A stretch of 64,000 bases of DNA from Eremomyces bilateralis CBS 781.70 (lineage: Eukaryota). The stretch is taken from the NCBI GenBank assembly GCA_010015585.1, contig ML975154.1; one strand, 5' to 3'. Below the pieces are notes generated by a model. That model was given only the letters and a program-made list of their open reading frames with translations. It was not told the origin of the DNA and did not search any database. Shown one piece after another: positions 1-12,902 of this stretch (positions are counted from its first letter, which is position 1; each line of letters starts with the position of its first letter). The translations under genes and the position numbers were made by a program.

Positions 1-282
1 TGGGCATTTAATTCAGGTCTTATAGAGCCTAATTCGAGGCAAGGGCGCCGGGCATTCGATTTACCGCGCGTAGTACCCGCCCGTTGGCTAGGCACTCTAC
101 TGCCCGTTCTATCGGCTTTCGAACGGCTTATATAATCAAGCCCCTTTCTTGGCGAGCAATAACTTTTGAAATGGACCTCCGTACGTTAAGTCGCTAATTA
201 AGTCAGTAATAAGTCAGAAGTCGTCTGAAGTCTGAAGTCTAGACGAAGGAGGGCACGTGCCAACCGACACCCGTAAGTTGAA

Positions 283-2068
283 AGCTCGAACCTCTGCCTG
301 TTGGCCGACCACCTCCTTGGCCAGTATCACTATCTTCATCACCATCACCAAACTCGTAATATCTCAACCACCATATCATATTGCGATGTCAAATTCAGAG
401 GAGATACTCCTACAGGCTATCCATGCCGTACAGACAGGTCAATGCAAATCTCAAAAACGAAGCTGCGGCCGTATTCAACGTCAATCGAGCTACGCTTCAA
501 ATCCGCCTCAAGGGCATGCAATCGCGCTCTACAGCTCAACAATCGAACTAACACCTTACACCGGTACAGGATAAATTTTAGTCGACTGGGCTCTTGAAAA
601 TGACGCTCAAGGATTCCTCCCTACCCACGCATATCTTCGCAAAATGGCAGCGCGAGTTCTAGAGCTTTAAGATTTTACACCCTTTGAGAAGAATTGAGTA
701 CCGCGATTTCTATGTCGAAATCCACGCGTTGCGACGTGCGTTGGACGTATTCTAGATATCGTACCACGTCAGGCTGCAACATAGGATACAATCAATAGGT
801 TTTACGCGTATTCCCACCAAGTTCAGACACAGTACGATGTCCCCCCTTCCGATATATGGAATATAGATGAAGTCGGCGTTGGAATGGGAATATGTGCTAA
901 TTCTACTGTGATCGCAGACTCGCAAAAGTCGACAGCTTATACCACGAGTCCTGAGAACCGGGAATGGTCTTTTATCCTAGAGATCAATCTCTGCGACCAG
1001 TCGCTATCTCAAAGCAACCCTTATCTAGAAAGGCGCGTCTCTACAAGCGGCTTAATTCTCCGAACAACCTCCAGACTTCCATTATACGGTATCAGAGAAC
1101 GGCTGGACTTCAAATCAACACGCGTTGGTTTGGCTCCGTACGGTTTTCCTGCCTGAAACCGCTACACAGCGGCAGTACCGGATTCTGCTAATGGACGGGC
1201 ACGGTAGCCACGCAACCATCGATTTCCTATACGAATGCAGGATAAATGACGTGATTGTGGTCTTCCTACCTGCGCATACCTCCCGTATCCTTCAACCTCT
1301 CGATCTCGCCTGTTTTTCATCTCTGAAACGCTTCCACAAGGCCCCCCTCCGCGAAAGCGCGTATATCGACAAGGCACTACCGATTGAACGACGAAGATTC
1401 ATTGTTCCCTATGTAGAGGCGTGTCGGGCACGCCTAACCGACCGTACATTCAGATCAGGATGGAAGGCTGTAGGTCTTATACTGTGGGACCCGTCAAAAG
1501 GCCTCAATAACCGCTTCGTGATACCGCCTACACCTACCGAAACCGCATCCTCAATTCCACCACCAAACACTCCTCCACGCACCCTAATACCAGTCCCCCC
1601 AGTCCTCAAGATGACGCCCTACAACCCCAAACAAATACAACGTGCATTGCGCGTTCTTAGCAAGAATACACGCGTGGCGAAAGCGACCAAGTCGTACCTA
1701 GAGAAAGCAGCCAAGACAATCGGAGTGCTACAGTCGCGTCAGGCTGTGTCAGACCTGAAAATTGTTAGTCTCCAGGCCCGCCTCGATGCTGCCACAGCCC
1801 CAAAACGCAAGAAGGTTCAGATATATATTAATGTTTAAGTTCGCACACATTCAAGAGGTCAAACTAGCGCAAGAGGCGGTACAGTTTCTAGAGGCAAACA
1901 CCCTACTAGAACAGACTATTCCCGTGGCTGGAATTATACCAGACGCTCCCCAGGATGTTGTACAATGGTCCTATTGTTTAAATTATCAATATATTCCGTA
2001 ATTGCGTAGTGGTTAAGATGGTGATATTGGCCAAGTAGGTGGTTGGTCAACAGAGGGGCTCGAACGTA
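283..2068 (+). mobile_element. Degenerate pogo/Fot1-like (Tc1/mariner superfamily) DNA transposon with imperfect terminal inverted repeats
   Basis: Left arm 298-346 (ctgttggccgaccacctccttggccagtatcactatcttcatcaccatc) matches the reverse complement of 2006-2053 (ctgttgaccaaccacctacttggccaatatcaccatcttaaccactac); weaker similarity extends to about 283 and to ...gaacgTA at 2068. A broken DDD transposase lies between the arms. Confidence 0.88.
386..1838 (+). pseudogene. pogo/Fot1-type DDE_1 transposase pseudogene
   Basis: HTH-like start MSNSEEILLQAIHAVQTG..(frameshift)..AAAVFNVNRATLQIRLKG; KN*VPRFLCRNP with a TGA at 695 where Trp is expected; IWNIDEVG; LLMDGHGSH; LPAHTSRILQPLDLACF. Multiple stops and frameshifts. 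Confidence 0.88.
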
Positions 2069-2285
2069 TGATGCAACCACCAGGCGCCAAGCGACCCCAC
2101 AGGCTTCACAGTTCACACTGCACCCACTTTCTAGTCTCTACAACACTTACCACGGGGCTTGTAAATTTCATTTTTTACTGTAGGGATCTTACGAATTTCG
2201 ATCGAGCTGACGACGACCCGAAACCCTGCTCTTCATGGTGAGCGAGTGATAGATTGAAGTGGTTATAAAGACCACTGCGTCCATC

Positions 2286-2986
2286 ATGAACCGCCTGTTT
2301 GGAGCAACAAGCGCTGCGCCCAAGCCATCGCTCAACGATGCTGTCAAGAACGTATGCTATTAGCGGATGTCTCTTTCACTACTGGATATTAACAGCCCTG
2401 TCAGATTGAAGATAAGGCTGGGGGAGTGGACATTAAACTTGCCAAACTTAATTCCGAACTCTCCGCCGTCAACGATCGACTCAAACGGATGCGCGAGGGA
2501 CCAGGCAAGCAAACCGTAAAAAAAAAGGCGCTGGGCCTTCTCAAGCAGCGCAGACAGTATGAAGGCCAACTCGACCAGCTGCGACAGCAAGTCAATAACA
2601 TGGAGCAAGCGGGCATGATGCAGGACAACCTAAAGAATACGATGGTCACGGTTGACGCTATGAAGACGACGACGAGAGAACTGAAGAAACAGTACGGTAA
2701 GGTCAATATCGACCAGATCGAGCGACTCCAGGACGAGATGGCGGACCTGATGGACATCGGCAACGATATACAGGAGAGCATGAGCCGGAGTTACGACGTA
2801 CCGGAGGATATAGATGAGGAGGACTTGGAGGCAGAACTGGAGGCGCTGGGGGACGAGATGGAGCATGAGGCGACACTGGGAGGAGCGGAGGGGGTGCCGA
2901 GCTATCTCATGGAGGATACCGCAGCTCCACCGCAGTTCATTGATGAGCCTCCCGAAACCTCCAAGGTGAAGGAGACAGCAGGTTGA
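2286..2986 (+). CDS. VPS60: ESCRT-III associated Snf7-family protein Vps60/CHMP5
   Basis: Exon 1 2286-2351 (MNRLFGATSAAPKPSLNDAVKN), intron 2352-2404, exon 2 with QQVNNMEQAGMMQDNLKNTMVTVDAMK and SRSYDVPEDIDEEDLEAEL. Confidence 0.93.
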
Positions 2987-4024
2987 GCGGGTTCAGTTGA
3001 ATCGCTACATCCCTCCTTAGTCACATTATCTGTGGTCAAAGTTTCGATTCCGGAATCGACCACTCGCTTGGAATCAGGCAGGAGGACCGCACCGCATCTG
3101 GAATTCGGTCAATTTCACGGCGCAAGGTTGGATGGTACAAGCATGGCGTTCGGAAGATGATGGAGCAATGAGTTTGTTATTGATTCGGAGAGAATATCCT
3201 GCGCAGAGTACACATTCAAGGCATCAATACGATACACCGGTCTTGTGATACCAGTAGGCATTCGGAGTTAATACGTTGCTGGTGTACCATCTGTCGCCTT
3301 TCCCGTGATATCATCCTATCCATTGCCTGGATGCTTTACTTGGATAAACTCTCATCCATTGTCGGAATACTTTTGCTTAATACTCACCCATAATATACAT
3401 AACACATGCATGTAGCGCCTTCCTTATGAGTCAACGAGCATTACGAGCACATCTTCAGCACATCCCAATCAAGCAGCGGGATTGGCGGTGCTCCATACTA
3501 AATCTAGACCCTTCCCCGGCCGAGCAGCGCCTCGGCTTCACCAAGACTCGGCGAGTGACGGGTTAAACGGACGGTGAGTCGGTGACCATCGTGCGGGCGA
3601 GCCGAACCCTCTAAATCGTTCCCCGGATCTTGACCAGAAAGGCCCCAAAAAAATTCCGAAGAGTGCACCTGATGACCTGACTCCCACTTAGCAAGATATA
3701 ACTAGCCGGCCAGCCGTGGAATCGTCCGTTGGACAGTTGTACTTATTATCCTGATTTCCAATTGCTGCGGAATTGTGGCGTGTTTCCTTCCGAGCTGACA
3801 AAATTCGACGAACTTGAAGGCAAAAGTCCAGGGCCGTGAGCCGAGCCGCAAGATCCAAATTACGTTACCTTATCCGTCACCGGCGTGGAAGGCAAACCAA
3901 GTCCTATATCGCAGAACCCCTTACCACCGCTTCAATTGAGAAGGGAACGGCTACTGTTTATACATTATCGGGCATTTCTTCACATATCGGAAACGAAGAA
4001 CACCGACCGAAACATTCCGCAACC

Positions 4025-4882
4025 ATGACCGGAGTCCAGACACCCCACGTCAATGGCGCGAACGGCGTCAATGGCACCGTTCCCGAGCGCACCGTGGCTC
4101 CCGGCGTGCAGTTCGACAATATCGACGACACAATAGAAGCGTTCGGTGAGTTCTCTTTCCCCAAATCCCCATCTCGCATCCCCAATCCTCCCTCTCCCTC
4201 AAACCCCTCATTTCTACTCCAACCCCGACTAACCCCTCCAGCCCGTGGCGAATTCATCCTCGTCCTCGACTCCGCCTCCCGCGAAAATGAAGGCGACCTC
4301 ATCATCGCCGCCTCCGACCTCACCCCGGCCAAATGCGCCTTCATGATCCGCCACACCTCCGGCTACCTCTGCGCGCCGCTGACCCCGGCCCGCTGCCTCG
4401 CCCTCGACCTCCCGGCCATGATCCCCCTCGCCAACAGCACCGACCCACACCGCACCGCCTACACCATCACCGTCGACGCCGCCGACGGCACCACCACCGG
4501 CATCAGCGCCGCTGACCGCGCTCGCACGAGCAACCTCCTCGCCGACCCGAACGCTGTGCCCACGAGCTTCCGCCGCCCGGGCCACGTCGTCCCGCTGTGT
4601 GCGCGGGAGGGCCTGATCCGCGAGCGTCAGGGGCACACGGAGGCGGCCGTAGAGTTCTGCCGGTTGGCGGGGAAGCATATGGCGGCAGTGATTGGGGAAA
4701 TGGTGACGGATGGGGAGGCGGACAAGGATGGGCGGCCGGAGTATGTGGGCGTAGATATGATGCGGAGGGATGGATGTTTGGAGTTTGGGCGGAAGTGGGG
4801 GATTCGGGTGTGCACGATTGAGGATTTGGTGGAATATGTGGAGGCGAAGGAGGGGAAGTGGGTGCCCGGGAAGAAGGAGTAG
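4025..4882 (+). CDS. RIB3: 3,4-dihydroxy-2-butanone 4-phosphate synthase (riboflavin biosynthesis)
   Basis: Motifs RENEGDLI, TAYTITVD, TTTGISAADRA, FRRPGHV, RQGHTEAAV; one intron 4146-4241 (GTGAGT..CTAAC..CAG). Confidence 0.96.
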   Translation: MTGVQTPHVNGANGVNGTVPERTVAPGVQFDNIDDTIEAFGEFSFPKSPSRIPNPPSPSNPSFLLQPRLTPPARGEFILVLDSASRENEGDLIIAASDLTPAKCAFMIRHTSGYLCAPLTPARCLALDLPAMIPLANSTDPHRTAYTITVDAADGTTTGISAADRARTSNLLADPNAVPTSFRRPGHVVPLCAREGLIRERQGHTEAAVEFCRLAGKHMAAVIGEMVTDGEADKDGRPEYVGVDMMRRDGCLEFGRKWGIRVCTIEDLVEYVEAKEGKWVPGKKE

Positions 4883-6302
4883 GGTGTCTCGGGTTGGTCG
4901 TTGGATGTTGAAAGGTCGGAAGGAATCACCTCGCTCCGTGTTTTGGCAGGTCGGTATGAAGGATTGCTGGTCAGTGGTCATCGATGCACTTTATGGCGTT
5001 CCGGAGGCGTCTCACGACATTCCCATGTCTCCAGACTTTACGTATCTGTTGCATATAGAAAATAAATGGTCTTGTGCATGATACAACTCCACTGCCACCG
5101 ATGTCCAGTGGTTTAGAAATTTACCTGCGCTTACTTCACGTCACTGCCATGGATACAGAGGATGAATTGAAATCTGATTGCATTGATTTGCTATCTATGC
5201 TACGTTTGAGAATTGTGGGAAATAAAAAAAGGGGATAGGCCTGTGACGAATGACCCCCCTTGCGGCCCACTAGAGGGCCCTCTGAAGCGAACTTTGCGCG
5301 GAAGTAGGAATGCGTGAATAGGGGATTTCAAGCAACTAAAGACCCAAGCAACCCGTGTATCTGGTCAATTAAGTCCGGATTGCGGAATCAAGGGGTCGAT
5401 CATTCAGTGCCAGAAAATACATATACAGTCGGAGGAAACGTATGAGGAATCCTCAATTTTTTTCATTAATTGGACGACGCATATACCGTGGTGTTTTGGC
5501 GAATCGGTATATACAGAGAAGAGGAAAGGAAAGTGTCAGAAAGTCCAAGTAAGTGTTGTTGATGAAGGTGAAGGTCTTGCGGAGAAGATAGTGAACAGGT
5601 CCCCCCAGAGGGAAACGAAGAGAAGGGGGGAAACAGCACAGGGCTTTTGGCGATAAAGTCCTTGAAGGAAAAAATCAAGTCCGAATCACCATAATGTATC
5701 TTGCTCTCAATGAGTTATAACATAAAAAGATGGAACAGCGTCCATCGTCCAGTGAAAATGCGGTATCACACCCAGGTATCATCGCCAGGAACTCCGTCCG
5801 CAAGGGGTTAGGCAGATAAACACCACCGCAATGAAAAGAATTGAAGAGAAAGAAAAGATATGGAATCCATGTGGAAGCGTCAGACCGGAGCCTGGGAAAG
5901 AGCTGCCATCCACATCCGGAAGGGGTTCCCAACCGTAGAAACCACGTCAACACGTCTCGAATGAATGCCACCCGAGACGTCCGAAAAGAACATCGTTATC
6001 CGTACTCGTACTCTCGTCGAAAATAATGTCGTCGAAGTCATTGCTTCAATAATCACGGCCGTGTGCATCGTGTGCAGCATAACGCACACGCGCCAAGACC
6101 GCCATGCGTGCGTCTCTCAAAGTCAAAGCAATAATCGTTCGCATAATCGTTCATGGAAAATCCGTCTCGCCACCGCATGCACATCCAAAAAGACATTGCC
6201 TATGCTACAACGCTCTCATCCATGCATGTAATCGAGTCATGTAATCGAGTCATTCATCAAAGACAAAGGGAATGTCGTCGTTACTCGTTGGGAAGAGCAA
6301 AT

Positions 6303-8986
6303 CTAATTGGCCCGAATGACCAACCTCGAGAGGAACTTGTTCGACAACGAATCGAAGTCCTCCCGGTCGTACTTGGCCACCTCATTGCGACCGCGGAGGT
6401 ACGTCTCTGTTGGGACGAGATTAGCAAGTGTACAATTGGGGGGAACCACACAGAGCGCGAGATGCCCTCATTGGGTGGAAGTGACTTACCATATTTGGCG
6501 GCCTGATGCTTCACCTCCGTCAACGCCTCACACACAGCAGGATTCGACTGGAAGGCATTGTGGTGCTTCTGGGTGTCCCAATCAAAGAAGCTCGGCAATT
6601 GATGCGAGATCGCGGTGAACAGCCCGATGAGAGTGCCGACAGGAACCTCCTCCATCTCCTTGTCAAACTTCTGGATGGCGTCCTCGTCGTTCTCACGATA
6701 GTGCATGTCGAACTGGATCATTTCCCACACAGCCAACACCATCGACGCCAGCAGAAATATCGTGGGCCAGTTCTTCAGTTTGTCCCCGCTGTACACCGAA
6801 GAGAAGGATGACGATAACTCCTCGAGCACGTCCTTCATCAGTTCACGCCACATATCTGCCATCGCTTTCTTGACCTGGAAGTTGACCATGACGGGAGAGA
6901 TGGTCTCGCCCTGCCATTTGGAAGTGGCCTCCTCAATACGACCAACTTCAGCCTCTTCAGCAGTGAGACCGCGGACAAGGGTGATGTGGCAGGTGAGGCT
7001 GTACGCGACCATCATCTTGAGCGCCTTGCGGATGACCGGAAGACGAGTGCGGCACCAGAAGCGGTACACCATCTTGATGAACTCAACGAGGAATGGAGTA
7101 CCATCAAGGTATTCATCGACCCAATGCTCGAAGTCTTCGTCAAGATACTTATCGAGATAATCGGACACGGCCGCTCGCGAGACGCCTTCCATGCCGGCCG
7201 ACAGCCTGTTGGTCATCAACTCGTGTTCATGGTGCTTCTTCTTCGGATCACCAGCACCCCGTTCGACCCAATCAATTGAGAAGCAACTTTCGTCACGAAC
7301 GAATACCTCGCGGGCCGTGATAGGGAGCTGATGACCATAGCCATGAGTGACGTAAATGAGCCGCTCGACATTCGAGAAGCCTTTGATGTTCGCGATCGAA
7401 AATCCGAGCGTGATGTGTCGCTCGTAATCTTTATTCCACTTATCAAGGAAGTAGTTCATCTCCTTGATATCCTTGCGTGTGCAAGGGACGATCCAGAGAC
7501 GGGCGTGAGAGGGCTGGCATCCAGCACATGGGTTACCGGTATCGCAAGTCTTTTTCAGGAACTTGCATCGAAGACAGGCGCGAACCTTGCGAATTTCGTG
7601 GGCCTGTTGCCGTTGTTCGGGCCGGAGTGGACCCTTCCTCTTTCCGAGCTTCTTGTCATTGGCTTTGTCAGCCTTGCTCTGAGCAGCGGTCTTCTTCTTA
7701 TTGATGGTCTTGGGCGTCACTCCGGACGGTGCCGACGCACCCTTGGCTCGACGAGAAGATGGAGAGGTACCACCGGGAGAGACGGAGCCGGTTGAGACGG
7801 GTGATGAAGCCGGCTGAATTGCAAGCGGTGAGACCATTTCTCGTGAAGGAGTGACCATGTCCGGTTGAGGAGAAACCATGGCAGATTGCAACTGGGAGTG
7901 AGAGTGCGAATGGGTGTGGTAGTGGCTAACGTTGTCATTGGACACCATGGGGAAACCATGTGCTGATATTTGCTGGGGCTGATAGTCAAGGACAGCATCA
8001 GACTCAGGCGAGTTCCTCGGGAACGGAATCTCTTCGAAGCTGCTCATCGAGTGTGCAGAGAGAGGCACGTTGGACTCATCGGACGAACTCGACTCGGTCC
8101 GAGGACGAGACAGGTGGAGAGCTTGGGGGCTCACACCGACATCGCTAGGGTAGTCGAACGAATCAAACGACGCACGCGAGGGAGGGGCGGAGATTAATTG
8201 CCAGCCATTGTCACTTCGACTCGACAAGGACCCATCATCGATCCAGTTCTCACCCGGGGAGCTATTCGGAAGGCTCGGCGGGTTGATGAAGCTGTTGTTA
8301 TTCGGCATCCCGTACTGGGGAATGGAGTTCAATTCCTGAGTGAAGTCGCTCATTTGGAAAGCCGGGGCGTTCATCGGCGCCATGCTGGTAGAATATTGCA
8401 TGAAATCGTTGCTCGGGGCCATGGTGAACGACGACGACATCTGAGCCTGCGATGAAGGCATATAGTCGACGGGAGAAGTCTGCAGTGGGTTGTTGGAGAA
8501 AGCACCGCTCGAAAAGGCGGCTTGGACGTCCGCACTGGAGAAGGGATTGCTGGAGTTCTGGTCCGGGACGTGATACTGAGAAGTCCAGTCCGACGCCAGC
8601 ATTGGGCCAGCGGAACCCATCGTGTTGTTATATGCGGCGTTCTGCCTGAGAGGAGGCGACGACGATGCGGCTGCAGTTGCTTCAGCTGTCATGCCTGACG
8701 TTGCATTCGCCGATGAACTGGTGGTTTCCAACGGACTCAGCGACGTTGGAATCAGGCTCGATCGGACCGTCATTGCTCCCGTAAGAACAGAATTCGATCT
8801 GTGTGCGGCAGAGGCACTCGACGAGTTGGAGAAATCGTATGGATCGAGATGTGGATCTTGAGGCAACGGCCAAGTAAGGGCGCTGTTCAACCCCGAACCG
8901 AAGACCATGCGACTTTGATCGAACCCGAGATAGTTGGATTGGTTGGCAGACTCATCGAGTCCGTCAGAGTAATTGGGATCCATCAT
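6303..8986 (-). CDS. Zn(II)2Cys6 binuclear-cluster transcription factor with long S/P-rich N-terminal region
   Basis: RKVRACLRCKFLKKTCDTGNPCAGCQPSHARLWIVPC, preceded by a basic NLS-like KKLGKRKGP; first ATG 8986; last intron 6489-6407 gives C-terminus ...DFDSLSNKFLSRLVIRAN* ending at 6303. Confidence 0.88.
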
Positions 8987-11869
8987 CGGGAGATTCGAGC
9001 GAGAAAAAGAGGAATTTCGGACAGGATGGTGTAATCGGTGACCGTCAGAGCGCACCTTCTCTATCGTGGATGGCTTGCCTGTGCCAGCCTCACTCGGGCG
9101 GCCCAGCGAGGGGAATTCGGGACGGAAATAGGCCGGTCAGCTGCCCCGATGCAGCTGCGGCGAGGATGAGGAGAAGGAGATGGACTGTGCCCTGTCCCTT
9201 CAACAATGGTCGATTTGATGAAAGTTGAAGAGAAAGACAAGATTGTCCAGAAAAGGACAGGGTAAGAATGTGAGATTGAGGGCTAAGGCGTGCAGGGACG
9301 CCGTGATAGTGCTTGGGAGGGTTTTCTGGGGGGTTCGTTTTTCGTGGAAGTGAGGAAAGTCTCACCGCCGGGAGTGGAGACGATGCGACGCCCACGGGCT
9401 GGGCAAATCACTCAAATGTCACCGACTGAATGCACTGACAATTGACGGGGTCACTTCACTTGACACTTGACACGGACGGACAAGCCTCGAATGGTGGGGT
9501 CCGGCGCGGGGGAGTCTTTGGTCGCTCACTGATCGTCAAAGACTCGATAAAATCCCCCAGATCCCTTTTCCGCAGTCCTCGAGGAATTTTGACACGAATT
9601 GAAGAGGTTGATGCTGACCTGCAGAAGGGGAGGCTGATGATGATGGCGAGGTTGTAGAAAAATACGCAAAGTCGTTGTAGTCGCCGACGGAGGTGAAGAC
9701 CACGCCGGTTGCCGCTAGGAATCGCAAGCAGCAGCGTGTCAACAGGCCCAGAGGCGTGTCAGCAAAGCCAAACTGAATGGCTAAGCCGCTGGCAATGACA
9801 GGAACAACGAAAAACGAGTAATGAGTAACGAAATGGTGGAATTGAAGGGAACCGAAAACGAAGTGAAGCAAGCAGAGGGGATCACAGCAAACGCGGACAC
9901 GCAGCAAGTATCGTACCACGCTGCACCAACAGGCATCATTGATTGGAACGGGCAGTCTGCGTTGTGCAGAGCGCCGGAATACCAGCAAGATGCATGTGGC
10001 GACTGGTAAGACGAGTTTGGCCTTGGGTAGTGAGGGCTTGTGTGCGCCTGTGAGGCAAGCGATGGTTTGCGTGATGAATGATGATGCACTAAACGAGCAC
10101 GAGAACTGGGGATGTGTGCCAAGGAGAGTCGGTGAGAAGAGAAAGATGGGGGTCGGACGGGGATCATGGTTGCAACACGCCCTGGTTCGTGATGTTTTGC
10201 GCCATCCAACTCGTCCAGATGCGGGCAAGCCCGGGGGCAGGACCAGGGTCAAGCCCGGGATCTACCCACTAGGACCCCTGGTCGCTCAGGCTCGGCGTCA
10301 GATCGCCATCGCGATGCCTACAATATTCAAAAGACACGGGGGTGGAACACAAGCGACGTGGACATGTTCAATTCTGACGAAGAGAACGATCACAAAGCGT
10401 TCAGATCAAAATCTACGAGATACACAATGACTATATGGCTTTATCACTGATTATTCGGTGGTACTTTAGGGACGGGGGCGGCTCTTCGGATAGAGCGGTC
10501 AGCAATTTGATTTCCATGCCTGAAATCCATCAGGCCTTGAGGGTCTCATAGCAGCATCCTTCATCCATGATGACGGATTCTCATGGGAGTTTCATTGGTA
10601 GATCGGGCAATACGAGCGGCAAAGGCGTTGGACGGCCGGGCTCAAATCACTGGAAGGTCAAAGGTGGAATCAGGAATCCTGGAATCCAGGACTGACCGCC
10701 TCACCAGTGGTTTTGATGCAGATCAGGGCAAGGGCTGCCAATTGATCCGTGACACCATGGATATTGAGATCCGACAACATCGCCTCAAAATATTCTAAAA
10801 AGCGATATATTATCGCTAGGAGCCGAGCGCAGGCAATATCAGTTTCCTTTCCCCGCGAAGGCGCAGACACTAGCAACTCCGGGAATTCTATGGAGGAGCC
10901 TACATCGATGAAATTCTATCAGATATCCATCACCTTCGTACTGTTCCTATCGCCATATGGGAATGATCGTATTGTTCTTGTATCACCACGTGACTTTCCC
11001 CGGGTGGATGTTGCAAATCCACGGAGTCACCGAGGGTTGGCCGTCTGTGTACTGATGGATCATGGAAGCCTACATTGCAACAGCTCGTGGAGTCACTGAC
11101 CGGGATAGAATTCTTCACTCGACCAACAGCTCCATGAGCCTTCCATTATGATGGGCAACTTGAGGCTTAGCGATGAGGAACTGTTCTCCGTTCTTGACGC
11201 GGCAAATGTCGGTGCCATGCTGTGCACCAAGAGCAGTGATGAATTGACAACAAATGTCACAGTGAGCTACCCTTAGGACGCCTTGCAGCAGATCGACCTT
11301 GGAACTGTTTCGCACCTTCAGCCATGGCCGGCCTGCCTTGTCAGCATATCATACATACTCCCATCAGCATATTGTCGCCACGTGCCTAGTGACACCTTTG
11401 GAGTTGTTGATATGTCCGCACTGGACCCCCAGGGTATGAAAGGTGTGGCGATAAGACAAGGAGCGCAATGAAATATGGCGACGATTCCAGCATTGATTGC
11501 TCGCTGCAGCTCAGTGAGTACAGACAAGCCAACCAGTAGGGACATCGGACCTCAGCTCTCTTTGATGTAGTGCTCCGTTACACCGATACTGGTTTGCTCC
11601 GGCTGACCACAGCGAGGTCCAGCATGGGCCCATGAGATTTCTCGCACTGTGACACCACTTGTTTCCCCTCTCTTTCAAAGCCCGAACTGTACAATCGACT
11701 CCGTTTGTGGGGGGGAGGTCGATTCCACGGGCTAAAAACATACCTTTCTTACATACAGTCCTAGCAGCAGTCGATATTTGCTACGAATTCAACTCAGCAG
11801 TGGACCAGTCAGGCATCAAAAGGTGCAATCACCTACTCGAACCAATCTACGGCCGCCCGATTTATCAAT

Positions 11870-12421
11870 ATGGCCCATGTCGGCGACCTGCCCCCAGTCC
11901 AGCGCCATATCACGACGCACCGCTCAGATGGCAAAGCTGTCTTCGACACCTCTATCCCAACGGAATCGAAGACGGCTGCCCTTCCCGACAACATGGGATT
12001 TGCACTCAGCTATGCCACATCCGGCTTCCCCATCTCGCTCTCCTCCTCCAACGACATCGCAACATACTACGACTACCTCTCCTCCCCACCGGGCCTCTCC
12101 ATCTCTAATGGCAGCGTGCTACGCCATGTAGATTTCGCGCCGGGCATGACTTCTGCCATGCACCGAACGGTGAGCCTAGACTACGGCATCGTGCTGGAAG
12201 GGGAGATGGACTTGGTGTTGGACTCCGGAGAGGAGAGGCGGATGAGACGGGGGGATTGTGCGGTACAAAGAGGTACGATGCATTCTTGGAGGAATGCGAG
12301 CAAGACGGACTGGGCTAGAATGGTATTCGTGTTGCTTCCGTGTGAGCCAATACTTGGAGACGATGGAAAGCCGTTGGGGGAGGAGTTGGACACGTTCGAG
12401 GGCGTGAGGGCATCAAGCTGA
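11870..12421 (+). CDS. Cupin-2 domain protein
   Basis: VDFAPG, MHRTVSLDYGIVLEGEMDL and GDCAVQRGTMHSWRN cupin motifs; single exon. Confidence 0.9.
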   Translation: MAHVGDLPPVQRHITTHRSDGKAVFDTSIPTESKTAALPDNMGFALSYATSGFPISLSSSNDIATYYDYLSSPPGLSISNGSVLRHVDFAPGMTSAMHRTVSLDYGIVLEGEMDLVLDSGEERRMRRGDCAVQRGTMHSWRNASKTDWARMVFVLLPCEPILGDDGKPLGEELDTFEGVRASS

Positions 12422-12902
12422 AGGCATATGTGGCGCCATACCATTGAGGATGTTAATAATATCAAATCGAGACTTGTTGAATAAGTACCAAAACGGAAAG
12501 GTGGTGGAATGTAAAGTCGGGACTCGGGAGACATCAGATATCCGGATCGGATGTAAAATGCATGTGTTGGCCTTATTGCCTTTAGACAACCTGCACGCTG
12601 GTGCTGCAGCTGGATCAACCTGATGAATTCAGCTTTCTGCAACAACGGAAGTCAACTAAACTCGAGAACAAGATGTGTAACAAAGAACGGTGTAAATCTT
12701 AGGAACATGCCTCCAATGAACCCCTTCCTTCCCGTATGTTCAAATACCTGAAATCTTCTCGGCAGCGACTCCGATGTCACGATCTACTCCCATCCGCTTT
12801 CCTTGGGACCAATTTCTCTATCAAAACCGACCGCATCCTCCCCTGCGCCGCAAAGGATCAACCGGAAATCTTCACAGCAATCCCTCTCCCTCAAACACGA
12901 CC

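Noticed and set aside
186..245. Repeated AAGTC words left of the transposon
   Set aside because: Irregular, short and near the window edge; not CRISPR-like and not assignable.
4229..4981. Long antisense ORFs over RIB3 and other genes
   Set aside because: Shadow ORFs expected from GC-rich codon usage.
9090..11800. Many 60-240 aa ORFs upstream of the C6 factor
   Set aside because: Mostly non-ATG starts with no motifs or codon bias; consistent with a long promoter/5' UTR.
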